Positions 47,301-57,097 are shown, numbered from the stretch's first letter. The stretch: DNA of 64,000 nt from an uncultured Clostridia bacterium (GCA_934274515.1 CAKQTC010000005.1:77193-141192), one strand, 5' to 3'. The notes: a model not told the origin generated them from the sequence alone. Program-made: numbers and translations.

Positions 47301-50300
47301 ACGTGTTTACCGTTTTCACAGATATAATAGTGGTTTTCGTCCGTATGCTCGATAAGAATATAGTTGGTATCGGGCTCGCTGTCCACGTCTATCGGTATGG
47401 CGTAGTATTTTTTCGTTTTGTCTACGGTAAGGTCGTCTTTTTTAAGATAAACGAGTTTTCTTTCCGCGTATTTAATTAACGGTTCGTCTTTGTCGAACGC
47501 GAAGTTTACCTTGACGAACACCCTTTTGCGTTCTCCGTTGTCTAAAATTTCCACGCGGTGCAGATAATTCATCGCATTAAATTGTTTAATCGTAGTCGAA
47601 GCGTCCGCAATGGCTATTCCCTTGCTCGTTTTATACGCGCAGTAATCGCAACTCTCGCCGTAAACGCCCAGCGCGTTTTCATTTGCGTCGTCAACGAAAC
47701 ACGCGTTTCCGAGGCGGCTTAGGTTTTTCTTTTCGTAAGTGTGTTGTTCTTCCCAACCGCATACGCTGCAATAATGTCCGCTGCCGTCCGCCTTAGGAAT
47801 GAACGTGTGCAATCCCGTCGCCGGGGTGACGTTTTTCCTTTCGTGACGAATTTCAATCTTCGTGCCGTCTTCCAGCGTGCCGACGTACTCGTAAATACAT
47901 CTGTCGCCGCCTTCTTCTCCGCAAGTCGCCGAATGCGTCTTGTACGACGCGGCGGTGCAGTTGCTTACCACAAAACCGCTCGTTTTGCCGAAAATCTCGT
48001 ACTCGTATTTTACGGTTTTTATATCTTCCGACTTAACTTTGCCGGTATTTGTGCCGTTGTCGTACCCGATAAAACTGTTTCCTTCGAGTTCGTCCGCGCT
48101 ACCGACGAACATCCAACCGCGATTGTCGATAAACACGCCGCTTACGGCAAGGTTCGTTCCCATCTCAAAAGAAACTTTATGCACGGTAAGCGTTCCGAAA
48201 TAATGTTCCGCGCCGCCGCCGTTCATAAGATAAAACTCTTCCGCGTGTACGTCCGCACCGTTTTGAAGAACAATCCTGCCTTCTCTTACGTCGTCGCCGG
48301 TTATAACCAACTGCCCGTACTTGCTTGCTTCCGCGTTGTTTATCTTAACTTCGATTTTCGCGCGGACTTTTATCTTCCCGTATACGAACATAGCGTTGCT
48401 CTTTTTCGTAAAGAACTTCGTATCGCCGTTAATATCCGCGTCGTATCTCGTTGTTCCCTCTATGCTTATCTCGTTGCCTGCGCCCGACAACGTAAGCGTC
48501 TTAGGCTGTCTTTCGTCGCTAAGCGCAACCGAACCGTTTATCACGACTTTCTCGGTAAATTCCGTGTTTGCGCCTAACAAAAGTTTCTCGTTTATCGTAA
48601 ACTTTCCGCCAAGAGCGACGTCGTTACCGTACACGGAAACGATTCTCGTCGTAATCTCGGTCTCTTTCGGGTTCACCGTCGTCGCATTGCCGTTTTTCCT
48701 TATTTCCACGGTTGCGTCAGTAAGCGTCAACTCGCTTATATAAGCGTCTTCGTATAGAATAATCTTTCCTCCGAACACTTCTACCTTGCCCGACAACGAC
48801 GAATACTCTATATCGGCTTCGTCCTGATCGTAAACGTCGTTCCCTATCGATATCGTGCCGTAGTTTTCGATAACGCCTTTTTCCGACAACGCTAAACGTC
48901 TGAAAAAGTTCGCGCTTGCGCTCTCGTTGATCGTCATTCCCGAAGTAAGATCGATCGTACCGTAGTTTCCTTCGGCGGTCTTCGTCACACTAAACGCTCC
49001 GCCGACGATAAGTTCTTTTCCTTCTAAGGCGGATTTAGCCCCGATTATTCTTCCGCTTGCGGACACGTTTCCGCTTGCTGTCACCGCTCCTCCGACTATG
49101 CCGAGCGTTCCCGATACGTTTCCGTTACTCCACACCAAGTCTTGAGCAACCACCAGCGTTTTCTCTTTTTCGACGTCGCCGCCGTAAGTAAGTCCGCCGC
49201 CGATTACTCTTACGTAGTTCGAAAAATTCAGCGCTTCCGCTACGTCGGTATGCTCCGTTACGTAACGAACGGTACTTAACGTTCCCGTCGCGACTTCGAG
49301 GGAAAGAACCGAGCAGTTTTGGAAAATTCTCGTCCTGCTGCCGTTATACTCGTACACGCCGTCGCCCGCGCCGAACTCCGCCGCGTTTTTATAAAGTACA
49401 ATTTCGTCCCCGACAAGCGAATACTGTTCTGCGTCGTCGCTTGCTCCGCTCTTTACGTCAAACGTCTGTACGAGGGCGGCTTTTCTTCCGATAATCGTTG
49501 CCGTACTTAATTCGAGGGTTTTTCTCGCCGTTCCGTCGTTAAGCACTTCTTCTCTGTCGTACCCGACGTACAATATCGCGTCGCCGTTTTCGTTTTTCGC
49601 CGTAGCGGTCGCGGTCAATTCCGCGCTTACGTTGTTGCCTGCCTGCCCTTTGTCTTTTTCGACGATGACTATCGCGCCTTTATACAGCCCGTTGTTTTCC
49701 GCATTAACTCCCCTCTCGGCGGTCGCGGTTACCTCTCCTTTAAGCAGGTACTTCCCTGCTCCGACGAGTATCGCGCCTGCGTCCGTTCCCGCGATAACGC
49801 TGCCCGCTTCCGCGACCAACGCCGCGTCGGAATCGGACGGTTCTCCCGTTTCGCTTATGTATAGCGCGGTTTTACCCGTTATCGAACCCGTTCCTAAAAG
49901 TTTGACTTCCAACGCCCGCCCGACTATCTTGACGGCAGTTCCGCCAACGGATTCCACGACGCCGCCTATTTCCGCTTTCGCGCCGATTGCGCTGCTTTCC
50001 ATAAGCAATCCGTACGTCTTGCCTCTTACCGCGCCGTTTATCGTCGCTTTGTCGCACATAAGAGCAACGCCTTCTTCGCTTATTATCTCCGCGCCGCTCT
50101 CGACGGTAACGTGTAATTTGGCGTCTATCGCGTTGTTCTTCGCTTTAATCGTTCCGCTTTCCACGAAAAGATAGCCCGTATCCGCTTGCCCTCTTATTAT
50201 CGCTCCGCCGTTTTCGGTCGCCTTAAAGTCGGCGTTTTGTATCCTTAAATTGCCGAAAAGGGTCATTCCGCCGTTTTTAATCGATAAAGTATACCCGTTA

Positions 50301-53300
50301 AAATCGAGCGTCGTGTCCGCTTTGGGCGTTTGTACGTTGAACTCGTCGTACGTCGCGCTCCTTTCCAAAACAATCGTTCTCTTCTCGTTCGCCGAATCGT
50401 TAAACCCTTTTTCAAGCGACCCGAAATAACTCTTTACGTTGTTTCCGAGAGCGGACACCGCCGCCGATACCGTCCACTTAACGCCGCTTGCCGCGCCGCC
50501 GTACTCTTTCAATCTCAGCACCGCGTCGTCCTCTATCGCAAGGAACGAACCGCTTTCCGCCGTATACGTAGAAAGCGTCGCGGTAAAGTCTACCGCAAGC
50601 GTCGCGTCTTTTTTTACGCCTATCCCGTAACTCGAATCCTGCGTGTAGTCTTTGTTAATTCTCAATTCGCCCGTGACTACGGTATAAGTAAACCGCGATC
50701 CGTTGGAATACAACTCGGTCGTTCCGCTCGTTACTCTCAAACCGCTGTCGGTCGCGCTAAGGTCTACGCCGTCGTTGAAAAATTTCTTTCCGTCTACCGT
50801 AACCGCCGCGTTTTCCGTTACGCGAATTCTGCCTACGAGTCTACCTTTCGCGTTAAGCGTTTTTCCGCTCATCGTACAAGACGAGCCCGTTTCCGTAACC
50901 ACTTTGAACGTGTTTACCGACAATTCGTAACTGTCGCCGCTAAACGTTACTTTCGCTCCCTCGTTTATCGTAAACTCTTCGCCGTTTACGACAAGATTTT
51001 CCGTAAAGTCCATATCCGCCGCGATTACCCTGTGCGTGTATTCGGCGTACGCGTTTTTCTCGCCGAAATCGTCTTTGGTAAACGCAATCGCCCTGAATAC
51101 GACGTTTTCGTCTTTCTTCTCGACGTTCGAGCCGGTTTCGGGCGTAAACTTACCCTTTATCGTGGTTTCCGCGGCGATATTGAGTTTCGCTCCCGTCGCC
51201 ACGACGAGTTCGTCTTCCTTTTCCACTGTAACGGAGCCGTTCGTCTTCATCGCGCCGTTTATCGTCGCCTTTATCCCGGTTCCCGTCTTGACCGCGTTTA
51301 CCGCGCCGTCTTCGTTTTCCGCGACAAACCACACCCCGTTCATGCTTTTCCCGAACGCTCTTATCGTGTTTATCTTTCCTTTTATCGAACTAAACGCATA
51401 CGCATCGACGGAAATTTCGCTCACGTCCTCGTTTATGGCGACGCTGTTTATCGACGCTCCGCGGAACGCGTATTTACCTACCGAAAGAGATTGTCTTACG
51501 GGAATATTTACCGTGGTGACGCCCGTTTCCGCAAACGCGCTCGCTCCGATAACAAGCGGCTTGACCGCGTCCGCCGCGATTACAAACCTTGTAAGTCTTT
51601 CGGTTTTTGAAAACGCGTTTTCTTTTATTTTCGTTACGTTATTGCCGAATCTGACCGTCATTCCGCTTTCCGCGCCCGACCCGTAGAACGGGTTTGCCGT
51701 GCTGCTCATTTCATAATCGTCGCCGTTAATTTCAAAATCGATTTCACTAAGCGCGTTCATATGCGCAAACGCGTACGCACCGATACTCGCGACGTTGGAC
51801 GGAACGGCAATTTTCTTTACCGACCCGACGTTGTAAAACATTCTTGCAGGAACGCGTTTCACGTTCGCGCCTATCGTAATCGCGACGTCTCCGATACTTT
51901 GCATATTCATAAACGGCGAAGAATCGGTTGAACTTACGTCGCCGCCGTTTTCCACGTCGTACGTTATGTTTTTAATTCCGCGCGCGCCTTCGAACACGCT
52001 AACGCCTATATATGCTTTTTTACCGCCTAAATAAACGGTTTTTACGCCTACCGCGCCGTAAAACGCCTGTTTCCCCAACGTTACCGTGTTCGGAAGTTTT
52101 ATTTCGTCCGCAGGGGTTTCTTTATCGCGCTCGGTAATCGAAGTAAAGCGTCTTAACGCGCTTATTGCGCTCGTCGCGCTTCCGCCGCCTGCGGCGAACG
52201 CCCTTTCTTCTATTGCGGTTATACCGTTTTCTCCGCGATAATACACCGACTCCAAGTCCATGCAGTTTGAAAATGCGGCTACGCCTATCGACGTTATTTC
52301 TTCGGACAGTATGACGGTTTTTAATTTGCTGTTCGCGAATGAGGACGCGTCAACCGCTGTAAGTCCGCTTCCTTCGAAGTCGAACTCGGTAAAGTTTTTA
52401 CATCCTTCGAACGCGCTCGATTTTATGCTTTTCAGTCTGCCGTTCGGTTCGAGCGTTCTCATTCCCGAATATGCAAAAGCCCCTTCCCCTATCGTAACGG
52501 ATTTCTCTTTTCCTTGCTCGAAAACGACGGAAAAAAGGTATTTCGCGCTTTTTTCGTTCGACCCGCCGAACAATCCCTTGGGGACGACCGTAACCGCCGA
52601 CCCGATCGTAAGCGTAATTCCGCTCGTGTTCTCTCCGGCGTCGTCGAATACGTTTATTCCGATAGAATGATTTACCGTCTGTACGGAATTGTAGAAAATG
52701 TTCGTTAAGTTACTCGTTTTCTCGAACGCTTTCGCGCCTATGTTATTCACGTTTTTTCCGAGATAAACTTCGCTAATCGCGCTACACCCGGAATACGCTC
52801 TTCCGCCTATTTCGACAACCGCGTCGGTAATTCCCGTTTCGGCAAGGGATATGCACCCTTCGAACGCGCTTGCTCCTATGGTTTTTATCGTGTTCGGAAG
52901 AGTAACTTTCACCAGGCTTCTCATCCCCTTAAACGCTTCGTTCGCTATCGTAACGACTTCTTTTCCGTCCGAGCCTTTTTCGGGTACGGTTATCTCGTTG
53001 TAATGCATACGGAAATATTGAGAATAGTTAGGCGTGTCTTTTATCGTTCCGTTAAGTTTGCCTTCGCCCTCGTACGTTTTTACGAGCCTTATAAGATAGC
53101 ACGACAAATAAACGTGCGACGGGGCTTTGTTCGATTTTTTCTCGTGCGTGTATTTCCACGTGCCGTCCGGATTCGCCCCGTTCTCTTTGAACCCTTCTCC
53201 TTCGGCATCCGTCGAAAGAAGCGCGTTTTTATCGTACCAACCGCTAAACATAGCGCCTTCGTATTCGAGCCCTTCCGCGGCGGCGATTTGTTTCACTCTT

Positions 53301-56300
53301 TCCTCGGTTGCCAACGAAACGGTTTGTTTGAGTTTTACCGTGTAATACGCTCCGTCGTTGTCTTGACAAGTCGTAACGAAACGGTTGTTTAGCGATTTTA
53401 GCGAATCCGACGCCGTATAAACGGTATAATAAATTCGATAATCTATGTCTTCTTTTTCCGTTACTACTTCCACGGAATTCGTATATTGTTTCGTTCTTCC
53501 GCGCGCTTCGGGGCTTGTTTCCGTGCCGTAGGGATAAGAAAGCGTTTCTTCGTCAAACCCCGTCGGTATGGTTTCTTTCTCCGCCGTCGCGTCGGACGCG
53601 TCGGAAATAACGAAAGCGGTTACTTTCCTGCCCGACATCATCATATCTCGGCAGGAATATTTTATTTTTAACGCGCTGCCGTACTCGAAAGATATAGCCG
53701 TAGCGTACTCTTCGCTGCCGTCAACGGCTATTTGCGTTTCGTCTTTCGACGTCGCCGTAAACGTTTTTACGGAAAATCCCGCTTTTATTTTGCAGTCGTC
53801 GGTAAGGAACAGCGTAATCGTGTCGTCGTCGTTTACCCTGTATTTGAACGTGTATCTACCCGAATACGCGGTTGCCGATAAAATCTTGCCTACTTCCGCG
53901 CCCGTTACGGTAAACTCCGCGTAATCGTTGATGTTCGACCCGGCGGTTATGCGCCATCTCGTGAAGTCGTAACCCGTGGGGGAATGTCTTTTTATCGTGT
54001 ATTCCGAAAAATACAACCGTTTACTCACCGTGTACTCTCCGTCGTCGTAGTTCGTTTCCGAACCCCCTTCGACTATTTTTTTAACTTCCGCGGTGTTGAT
54101 TGCCGTCCCCGCGTTCCCGTCGAAACGGAAAGTGTCCTTTTCCAACGTTACGCTGTATTTTCTCAGGTTAAGCGTGCCGTACGCCCATAAATCGCCGTCG
54201 GGCATGGTTGCGCCTGAATACGGCTTGTCGTCAAACATTCTCGACCAGCCGCCGAAATCGTACCGTGCCTTAGTCGCGTTGATAAGCGCGTCCGCCACCG
54301 AATCGTTATAAACAAGACCCGTTATCGTAGCGTCGCGCAGATACTCGTCCTGCCCGACCAAAAGTTTGTTAAGTTTATAATATTTTTCTCCGTCTACGAG
54401 TTTGTACTCGTTTTTGTCGATTTCCGCACACGCGCTGAGCGGATTTTCCTCGTCGTTCTGCTCGTAGTCCGTTCTGACATAGTATGTAATCGTAAACTCG
54501 TTTTGTTTGGACGAAAACGAATAAACGACATTGTCCGCGTCGGATACGAGGGCAAACGTCGCTTCCCCTTTGTACCTGTCGTCAGAGTTTTCGACGTATG
54601 AATACCCTTCTTCCGCGTCAAGAGTTTTGCCGTTTGCCTGTACGCCGTCTATCGAGCGACCCCTTTCGAGCGACACCGAAAAGACGAACTTCGCTCCGTA
54701 AGGAACGATATAACTGTCTGCGCCGTATTTGTATTTTTCGGGCGAATTGCCGTTTATCGTCTTTATTTCGGGCTTTATTCCTTCTTTAAGGGAAATCGTG
54801 ACGTTATGGCTCTTTATCGTACAGACCGAACGTACTACGACGTCTTTTTTCGGCATACTGAACTCGCCGCTTACGTCCAACCCCTCGCCGTCGGCGACCC
54901 AGTCGCTTACCGTCCAGTGCTTCGCTTCGAATTTAAGCGCAAGGTCGTACGCCGCGTTCTCCCCGCCTTTAATCGTATATTTATCGTCAAGGGTAACCTT
55001 TTCGCCGTACTTTTTCGACACAACTCTTACCGCATAACCTTCTTTGTACGTACCGGGCATAAAAAACGTTTCGTCGTTCGTTACGTCCGTTCCGTCGTAA
55101 ATCATTTTGAAAATATAAGTTATGGTATATCTCCTGTTTTGGAAAACGCAGGTAAATTTTTCGTTGCCTTTAACCGTGTAAAAGAAAGAATACGTTATTC
55201 TTTCTCCTTTTACGGGTTCTTCTTTGCTCTCGATTCTGTCGCTCGCATCTTTTTCTTCCGTGTCTTTCCACTGCAAAAATTCGTACCCTTCAAACGCAAC
55301 GACGTAGAATTCGATAATGCTGCCGTAGGCATAGGAACCGCTCTTTACTCCGTTCGAACCGCCTATTCTCGCTTCGCCGTACTCGGACATAACGCCCGAT
55401 AAATCGACAAGGTATCTTCTCGCGGAAAACGAACCGGTAACTTGCACGTTTCTGTTCGGCATATTCGACGGCGTCTTTCCCTCTCCGACGCTTTGCCATT
55501 GTCCGAATTCGTAATGCTCCATCTCCGGCACTTTCGCAAGCATAATCCCGTCGTTGTAGTTATAATGCTCTTCTTTGACGAAAATTCCGTTTTCGCGCTT
55601 CTCGAACCCTGCGCCGATAATCGCTTTTTCCATATCTTCGTCAAGAAAATATTTGCCGTTTATGTTACAGTTAAGCGTATAGGTAAGTAAATAATCCTTG
55701 TCTTCGAACCTGCCGCGTATGAGCGTGTTCGACCCGCCCGCAATCTTTACGCCGAGTTTTTCGAGTTCGGCAAGCGTAAACGAACCGCTTTCGGGTATGC
55801 TCGTAGCCGATACGTCGGCAGCCGCAACGGTAACGACGGTTTTTTCTTTTTCGGAATAATAAACCGCTTTCTTTTCTCCGCCGTCTTCTTCGTAAACGAG
55901 ACAGAACGAGCCGTCGCCGGTACGCGCAAGCACCGCCGTTTTTCCTCCGTAAGCAATCGTCCAATCAAGAAAATTCTTACCCGTAGGCACCGCGCCGATT
56001 AACACGATGTCTTCGTTTTTTCCGTACGAACCGCTGCCTCCGCCGCTTACGACGGTAACTTTATACGCTTCGCGGTACTTCGCCGAAAACGTGTACGTCT
56101 TATTCGCTTTTACAAATTCCTGATTTAAGTCAAAATAGAAACTCGATACGGTCGCTATGCTCTGTTTTATCTCTTTTTCCGTCCCGTTTTCGATTTCCGT
56201 ATAAGATAATTCCCAGCCGAAACACGCCATATCCGTTATTTCGTCCGCTTTTATTTCCACCGAACCGTCTTCGACGTAGGCTTTGAATTTGCGCTGTTCT

Positions 56301-57097
56301 TCGCCGGTGCCGCCGTTTTTGATGACGACGTAAACGTACGGGTTCTCTTCGTAAACGGCGACGAAAAGCGTGCTTGTTCCGTCATACGGTTCGAGCGAAA
56401 CGCCGTTTTTGTCGGTAACCTTTTTGCCGTTTGCTTCCCAACAAACGAATTTATGCCTGTCTTTGACGGGAACGGGCAAAGAATAGTCGTATCCGCTAAG
56501 CAACGCGCCGTCGTACGACGCCGTCGAGCCGAACGCCGTTACCGTTACGTTCTGATTGTCCGCTTTCCCTCCGTTGTAAGACAAAGTAATCTTCTTATCG
56601 CTCGCGTAAACGGCACGCACCACCGCGTCTTCCGTTACGACGTATTCCGCGTTCCGCTCGTACGACAACGGTTTGTCGTTTGCCACCCAACAAACGAATT
56701 TCATATCCGCGACCAAATCGGCGGAAAGAGCGATTTTCGTCCCGTATGCGTACGCTCTCGACCGGTTATTCTCTCCGCTTATTATCTGCACGGTTCTCAC
56801 CGCGTCGGAAAACACCCCTCGAATAGTGACGTCGGTCGTAACTTTGTAGACCAAACTCTTTTCCGTCGAATAACGCTCCCCGTTTACTTCCCAGTACTCG
56901 AACTCCTGTCCTTGCGCAACGTTCGGGGTAAGGGTAATCGTCGCTCCGACGTCGTACTCCTTGGTTTCGGTAAACGAACCGTTGACAATCGTAACAGTCT
57001 TCTTCCCCGATAAATCCTGCTCGGAACAAGCCGTAATCCCGAAAGCGAAAATTATCGCCGCGATAATTACGAAAACGACCGTCAATTTGCGTTTCAT
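44393..57097 (-). CDS. giant surface lipoprotein 3 (4234 aa) with Listeria-Bacteroides repeats, BspA-type LRRs, beta-helix-like repeats and Cys/His-rich modules
   Basis: Start moved to ATG 57097 (GGAGG 7 nt upstream). MKRKLTVVFVIIAAIIFAFGITAC is a lipobox signal peptide. Flg_new-type repeats with F.GW/F..W motifs (nt ~53100-57000). LRR_5-type repeats such as TLPNTIKTIGASAFEGC and IKSSAFEGCKNF (nt ~51355-52990). G/T/A/V-rich beta repeats (nt ~48000-51350). CxxC/His modules (nt ~44800-47950). Confidence 0.9.
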   Translation of the reverse strand: MKRKLTVVFVIIAAIIFAFGITACSEQDLSGKKTVTIVNGSFTETKEYDVGATITLTPNVAQGQEFEYWEVNGERYSTEKSLVYKVTTDVTIRGVFSDAVRTVQIISGENNRSRAYAYGTKIALSADLVADMKFVCWVANDKPLSYERNAEYVVTEDAVVRAVYASDKKITLSYNGGKADNQNVTVTAFGSTASYDGALLSGYDYSLPVPVKDRHKFVCWEANGKKVTDKNGVSLEPYDGTSTLFVAVYEENPYVYVVIKNGGTGEEQRKFKAYVEDGSVEIKADEITDMACFGWELSYTEIENGTEKEIKQSIATVSSFYFDLNQEFVKANKTYTFSAKYREAYKVTVVSGGGSGSYGKNEDIVLIGAVPTGKNFLDWTIAYGGKTAVLARTGDGSFCLVYEEDGGEKKAVYYSEKEKTVVTVAAADVSATSIPESGSFTLAELEKLGVKIAGGSNTLIRGRFEDKDYLLTYTLNCNINGKYFLDEDMEKAIIGAGFEKRENGIFVKEEHYNYNDGIMLAKVPEMEHYEFGQWQSVGEGKTPSNMPNRNVQVTGSFSARRYLVDLSGVMSEYGEARIGGSNGVKSGSYAYGSIIEFYVVAFEGYEFLQWKDTEEKDASDRIESKEEPVKGERITYSFFYTVKGNEKFTCVFQNRRYTITYIFKMIYDGTDVTNDETFFMPGTYKEGYAVRVVSKKYGEKVTLDDKYTIKGGENAAYDLALKFEAKHWTVSDWVADGEGLDVSGEFSMPKKDVVVRSVCTIKSHNVTISLKEGIKPEIKTINGNSPEKYKYGADSYIVPYGAKFVFSVSLERGRSIDGVQANGKTLDAEEGYSYVENSDDRYKGEATFALVSDADNVVYSFSSKQNEFTITYYVRTDYEQNDEENPLSACAEIDKNEYKLVDGEKYYKLNKLLVGQDEYLRDATITGLVYNDSVADALINATKARYDFGGWSRMFDDKPYSGATMPDGDLWAYGTLNLRKYSVTLEKDTFRFDGNAGTAINTAEVKKIVEGGSETNYDDGEYTVSKRLYFSEYTIKRHSPTGYDFTRWRITAGSNINDYAEFTVTGAEVGKILSATAYSGRYTFKYRVNDDDTITLFLTDDCKIKAGFSVKTFTATSKDETQIAVDGSEEYATAISFEYGSALKIKYSCRDMMMSGRKVTAFVISDASDATAEKETIPTGFDEETLSYPYGTETSPEARGRTKQYTNSVEVVTEKEDIDYRIYYTVYTASDSLKSLNNRFVTTCQDNDGAYYTVKLKQTVSLATEERVKQIAAAEGLEYEGAMFSGWYDKNALLSTDAEGEGFKENGANPDGTWKYTHEKKSNKAPSHVYLSCYLIRLVKTYEGEGKLNGTIKDTPNYSQYFRMHYNEITVPEKGSDGKEVVTIANEAFKGMRSLVKVTLPNTIKTIGASAFEGCISLAETGITDAVVEIGGRAYSGCSAISEVYLGKNVNNIGAKAFEKTSNLTNIFYNSVQTVNHSIGINVFDDAGENTSGITLTIGSAVTVVPKGLFGGSNEKSAKYLFSVVFEQGKEKSVTIGEGAFAYSGMRTLEPNGRLKSIKSSAFEGCKNFTEFDFEGSGLTAVDASSFANSKLKTVILSEEITSIGVAAFSNCMDLESVYYRGENGITAIEERAFAAGGGSATSAISALRRFTSITERDKETPADEIKLPNTVTLGKQAFYGAVGVKTVYLGGKKAYIGVSVFEGARGIKNITYDVENGGDVSSTDSSPFMNMQSIGDVAITIGANVKRVPARMFYNVGSVKKIAVPSNVASIGAYAFAHMNALSEIDFEINGDDYEMSSTANPFYGSGAESGMTVRFGNNVTKIKENAFSKTERLTRFVIAADAVKPLVIGASAFAETGVTTVNIPVRQSLSVGKYAFRGASINSVAINEDVSEISVDAYAFSSIKGKINTIRAFGKSMNGVWFVAENEDGAVNAVKTGTGIKATINGAMKTNGSVTVEKEDELVVATGAKLNIAAETTIKGKFTPETGSNVEKKDENVVFRAIAFTKDDFGEKNAYAEYTHRVIAADMDFTENLVVNGEEFTINEGAKVTFSGDSYELSVNTFKVVTETGSSCTMSGKTLNAKGRLVGRIRVTENAAVTVDGKKFFNDGVDLSATDSGLRVTSGTTELYSNGSRFTYTVVTGELRINKDYTQDSSYGIGVKKDATLAVDFTATLSTYTAESGSFLAIEDDAVLRLKEYGGAASGVKWTVSAAVSALGNNVKSYFGSLEKGFNDSANEKRTIVLERSATYDEFNVQTPKADTTLDFNGYTLSIKNGGMTLFGNLRIQNADFKATENGGAIIRGQADTGYLFVESGTIKAKNNAIDAKLHVTVESGAEIISEEGVALMCDKATINGAVRGKTYGLLMESSAIGAKAEIGGVVESVGGTAVKIVGRALEVKLLGTGSITGKTALYISETGEPSDSDAALVAEAGSVIAGTDAGAILVGAGKYLLKGEVTATAERGVNAENNGLYKGAIVIVEKDKGQAGNNVSAELTATATAKNENGDAILYVGYDREEVLNDGTARKTLELSTATIIGRKAALVQTFDVKSGASDDAEQYSLVGDEIVLYKNAAEFGAGDGVYEYNGSRTRIFQNCSVLSLEVATGTLSTVRYVTEHTDVAEALNFSNYVRVIGGGLTYGGDVEKEKTLVVAQDLVWSNGNVSGTLGIVGGAVTASGNVSASGRIIGAKSALEGKELIVGGAFSVTKTAEGNYGTIDLTSGMTINESASANFFRRLALSEKGVIENYGTISIGNDVYDQDEADIEYSSLSGKVEVFGGKIILYEDAYISELTLTDATVEIRKNGNATTVNPKETEITTRIVSVYGNDVALGGKFTINEKLLLGANTEFTEKVVINGSVALSDERQPKTLTLSGAGNEISIEGTTRYDADINGDTKFFTKKSNAMFVYGKIKVRAKIEVKINNAEASKYGQLVITGDDVREGRIVLQNGADVHAEEFYLMNGGGAEHYFGTLTVHKVSFEMGTNLAVSGVFIDNRGWMFVGSADELEGNSFIGYDNGTNTGKVKSEDIKTVKYEYEIFGKTSGFVVSNCTAASYKTHSATCGEEGGDRCIYEYVGTLEDGTKIEIRHERKNVTPATGLHTFIPKADGSGHYCSVCGWEEQHTYEKKNLSRLGNACFVDDANENALGVYGESCDYCAYKTSKGIAIADASTTIKQFNAMNYLHRVEILDNGERKRVFVKVNFAFDKDEPLIKYAERKLVYLKKDDLTVDKTKKYYAIPIDVDSEPDTNYILIEHTDENHYYICENGKHVCIGCGEEAQGEQANHEYDSTKETFIDRFAGTDYYAIEYVCQNCGDSNGILNVGQHDGDTQIASMQNEINAQYNVTIDATSGTVGDNYLFMFVFGGIEYFGVAATRVGSEHKIIIGVKHNHNAYVYDGTSGKYVCATDGCKAAYSPEHACEERGTLNATSFGQDGLPGYTFGYVDSGDKVLTHACARCTREDAPSVEFTVVGDMRTAEDLNEALKGYAFFIDGKSYFARANVGDVTTPLTELRERTERVLNGDETLKVAYDLIYVVLVDAETGKTLSVSTTGSYTAKINHICNSYQPYNNGTSIIHRCSSCGKIADIGAHEADETKPYVVANYFGRTVLGRPCKHCDTVVPVTFDLGQQQIEYESYGTGEQTGYRAKNNLVTAMRANVSAINAVLEKMVGYDGTIISNATVTPRFANDIGRAWRDDAMFRAYNGMVTMDDDGMFYDLSEGYDGTLYNVFYVSFATTEGRSEIMAEIFVKHVCSEFISGTTEETATEHYCAVEQCRNRRCSKLYESELVGYNGENVYVKYDDCNPFGMIAGKFGNIENLTKHTTKTPSADTIGKIKTLSTQFATFMSHHTIPTDGTEYAGTVSLSTLNAFSNLYQKAIDVYKGAVATFDTEGGDYNKSVVVGANYPYAITRKADTVPETVDLQAAIANLYGFSDKEEFMNYAKDLVAEYNRHRANIAAGSATTNEALDNGCFYTDNGSFVFPIAVRNETGADVLTYLILSSDGLASVWINDVTVALKAINYSEEYHCSTNSVTNELLCKDTLFVWGEVRKFESEFELKHEPQTQVIGGRKENLYRYAFVKGVFGENYEEVDLTVVERSCLICGDGFENVATVTGKNATLETALNKYIETYATNSEVNSATGKKTYYLRLDGKEYRIGGIVKPWPLQDGEDELMSEEDMRFYRPTGKTTDDGTAEGAQWNNEAVPLVDAKYYAWEVKAFERNNESITKTFRILVLWTNPEK

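Noticed and set aside
7735-57097. Whether the giant ORFs are NRPS/PKS megasynthases or polymorphic toxins with immunity genes.
   Set aside because: I saw no adenylation, condensation, ketosynthase or carrier-protein motifs. There is no recognisable C-terminal toxin domain and no small immunity-like ORF downstream. The lipobox signal peptides and adhesin-type repeats point to surface proteins.
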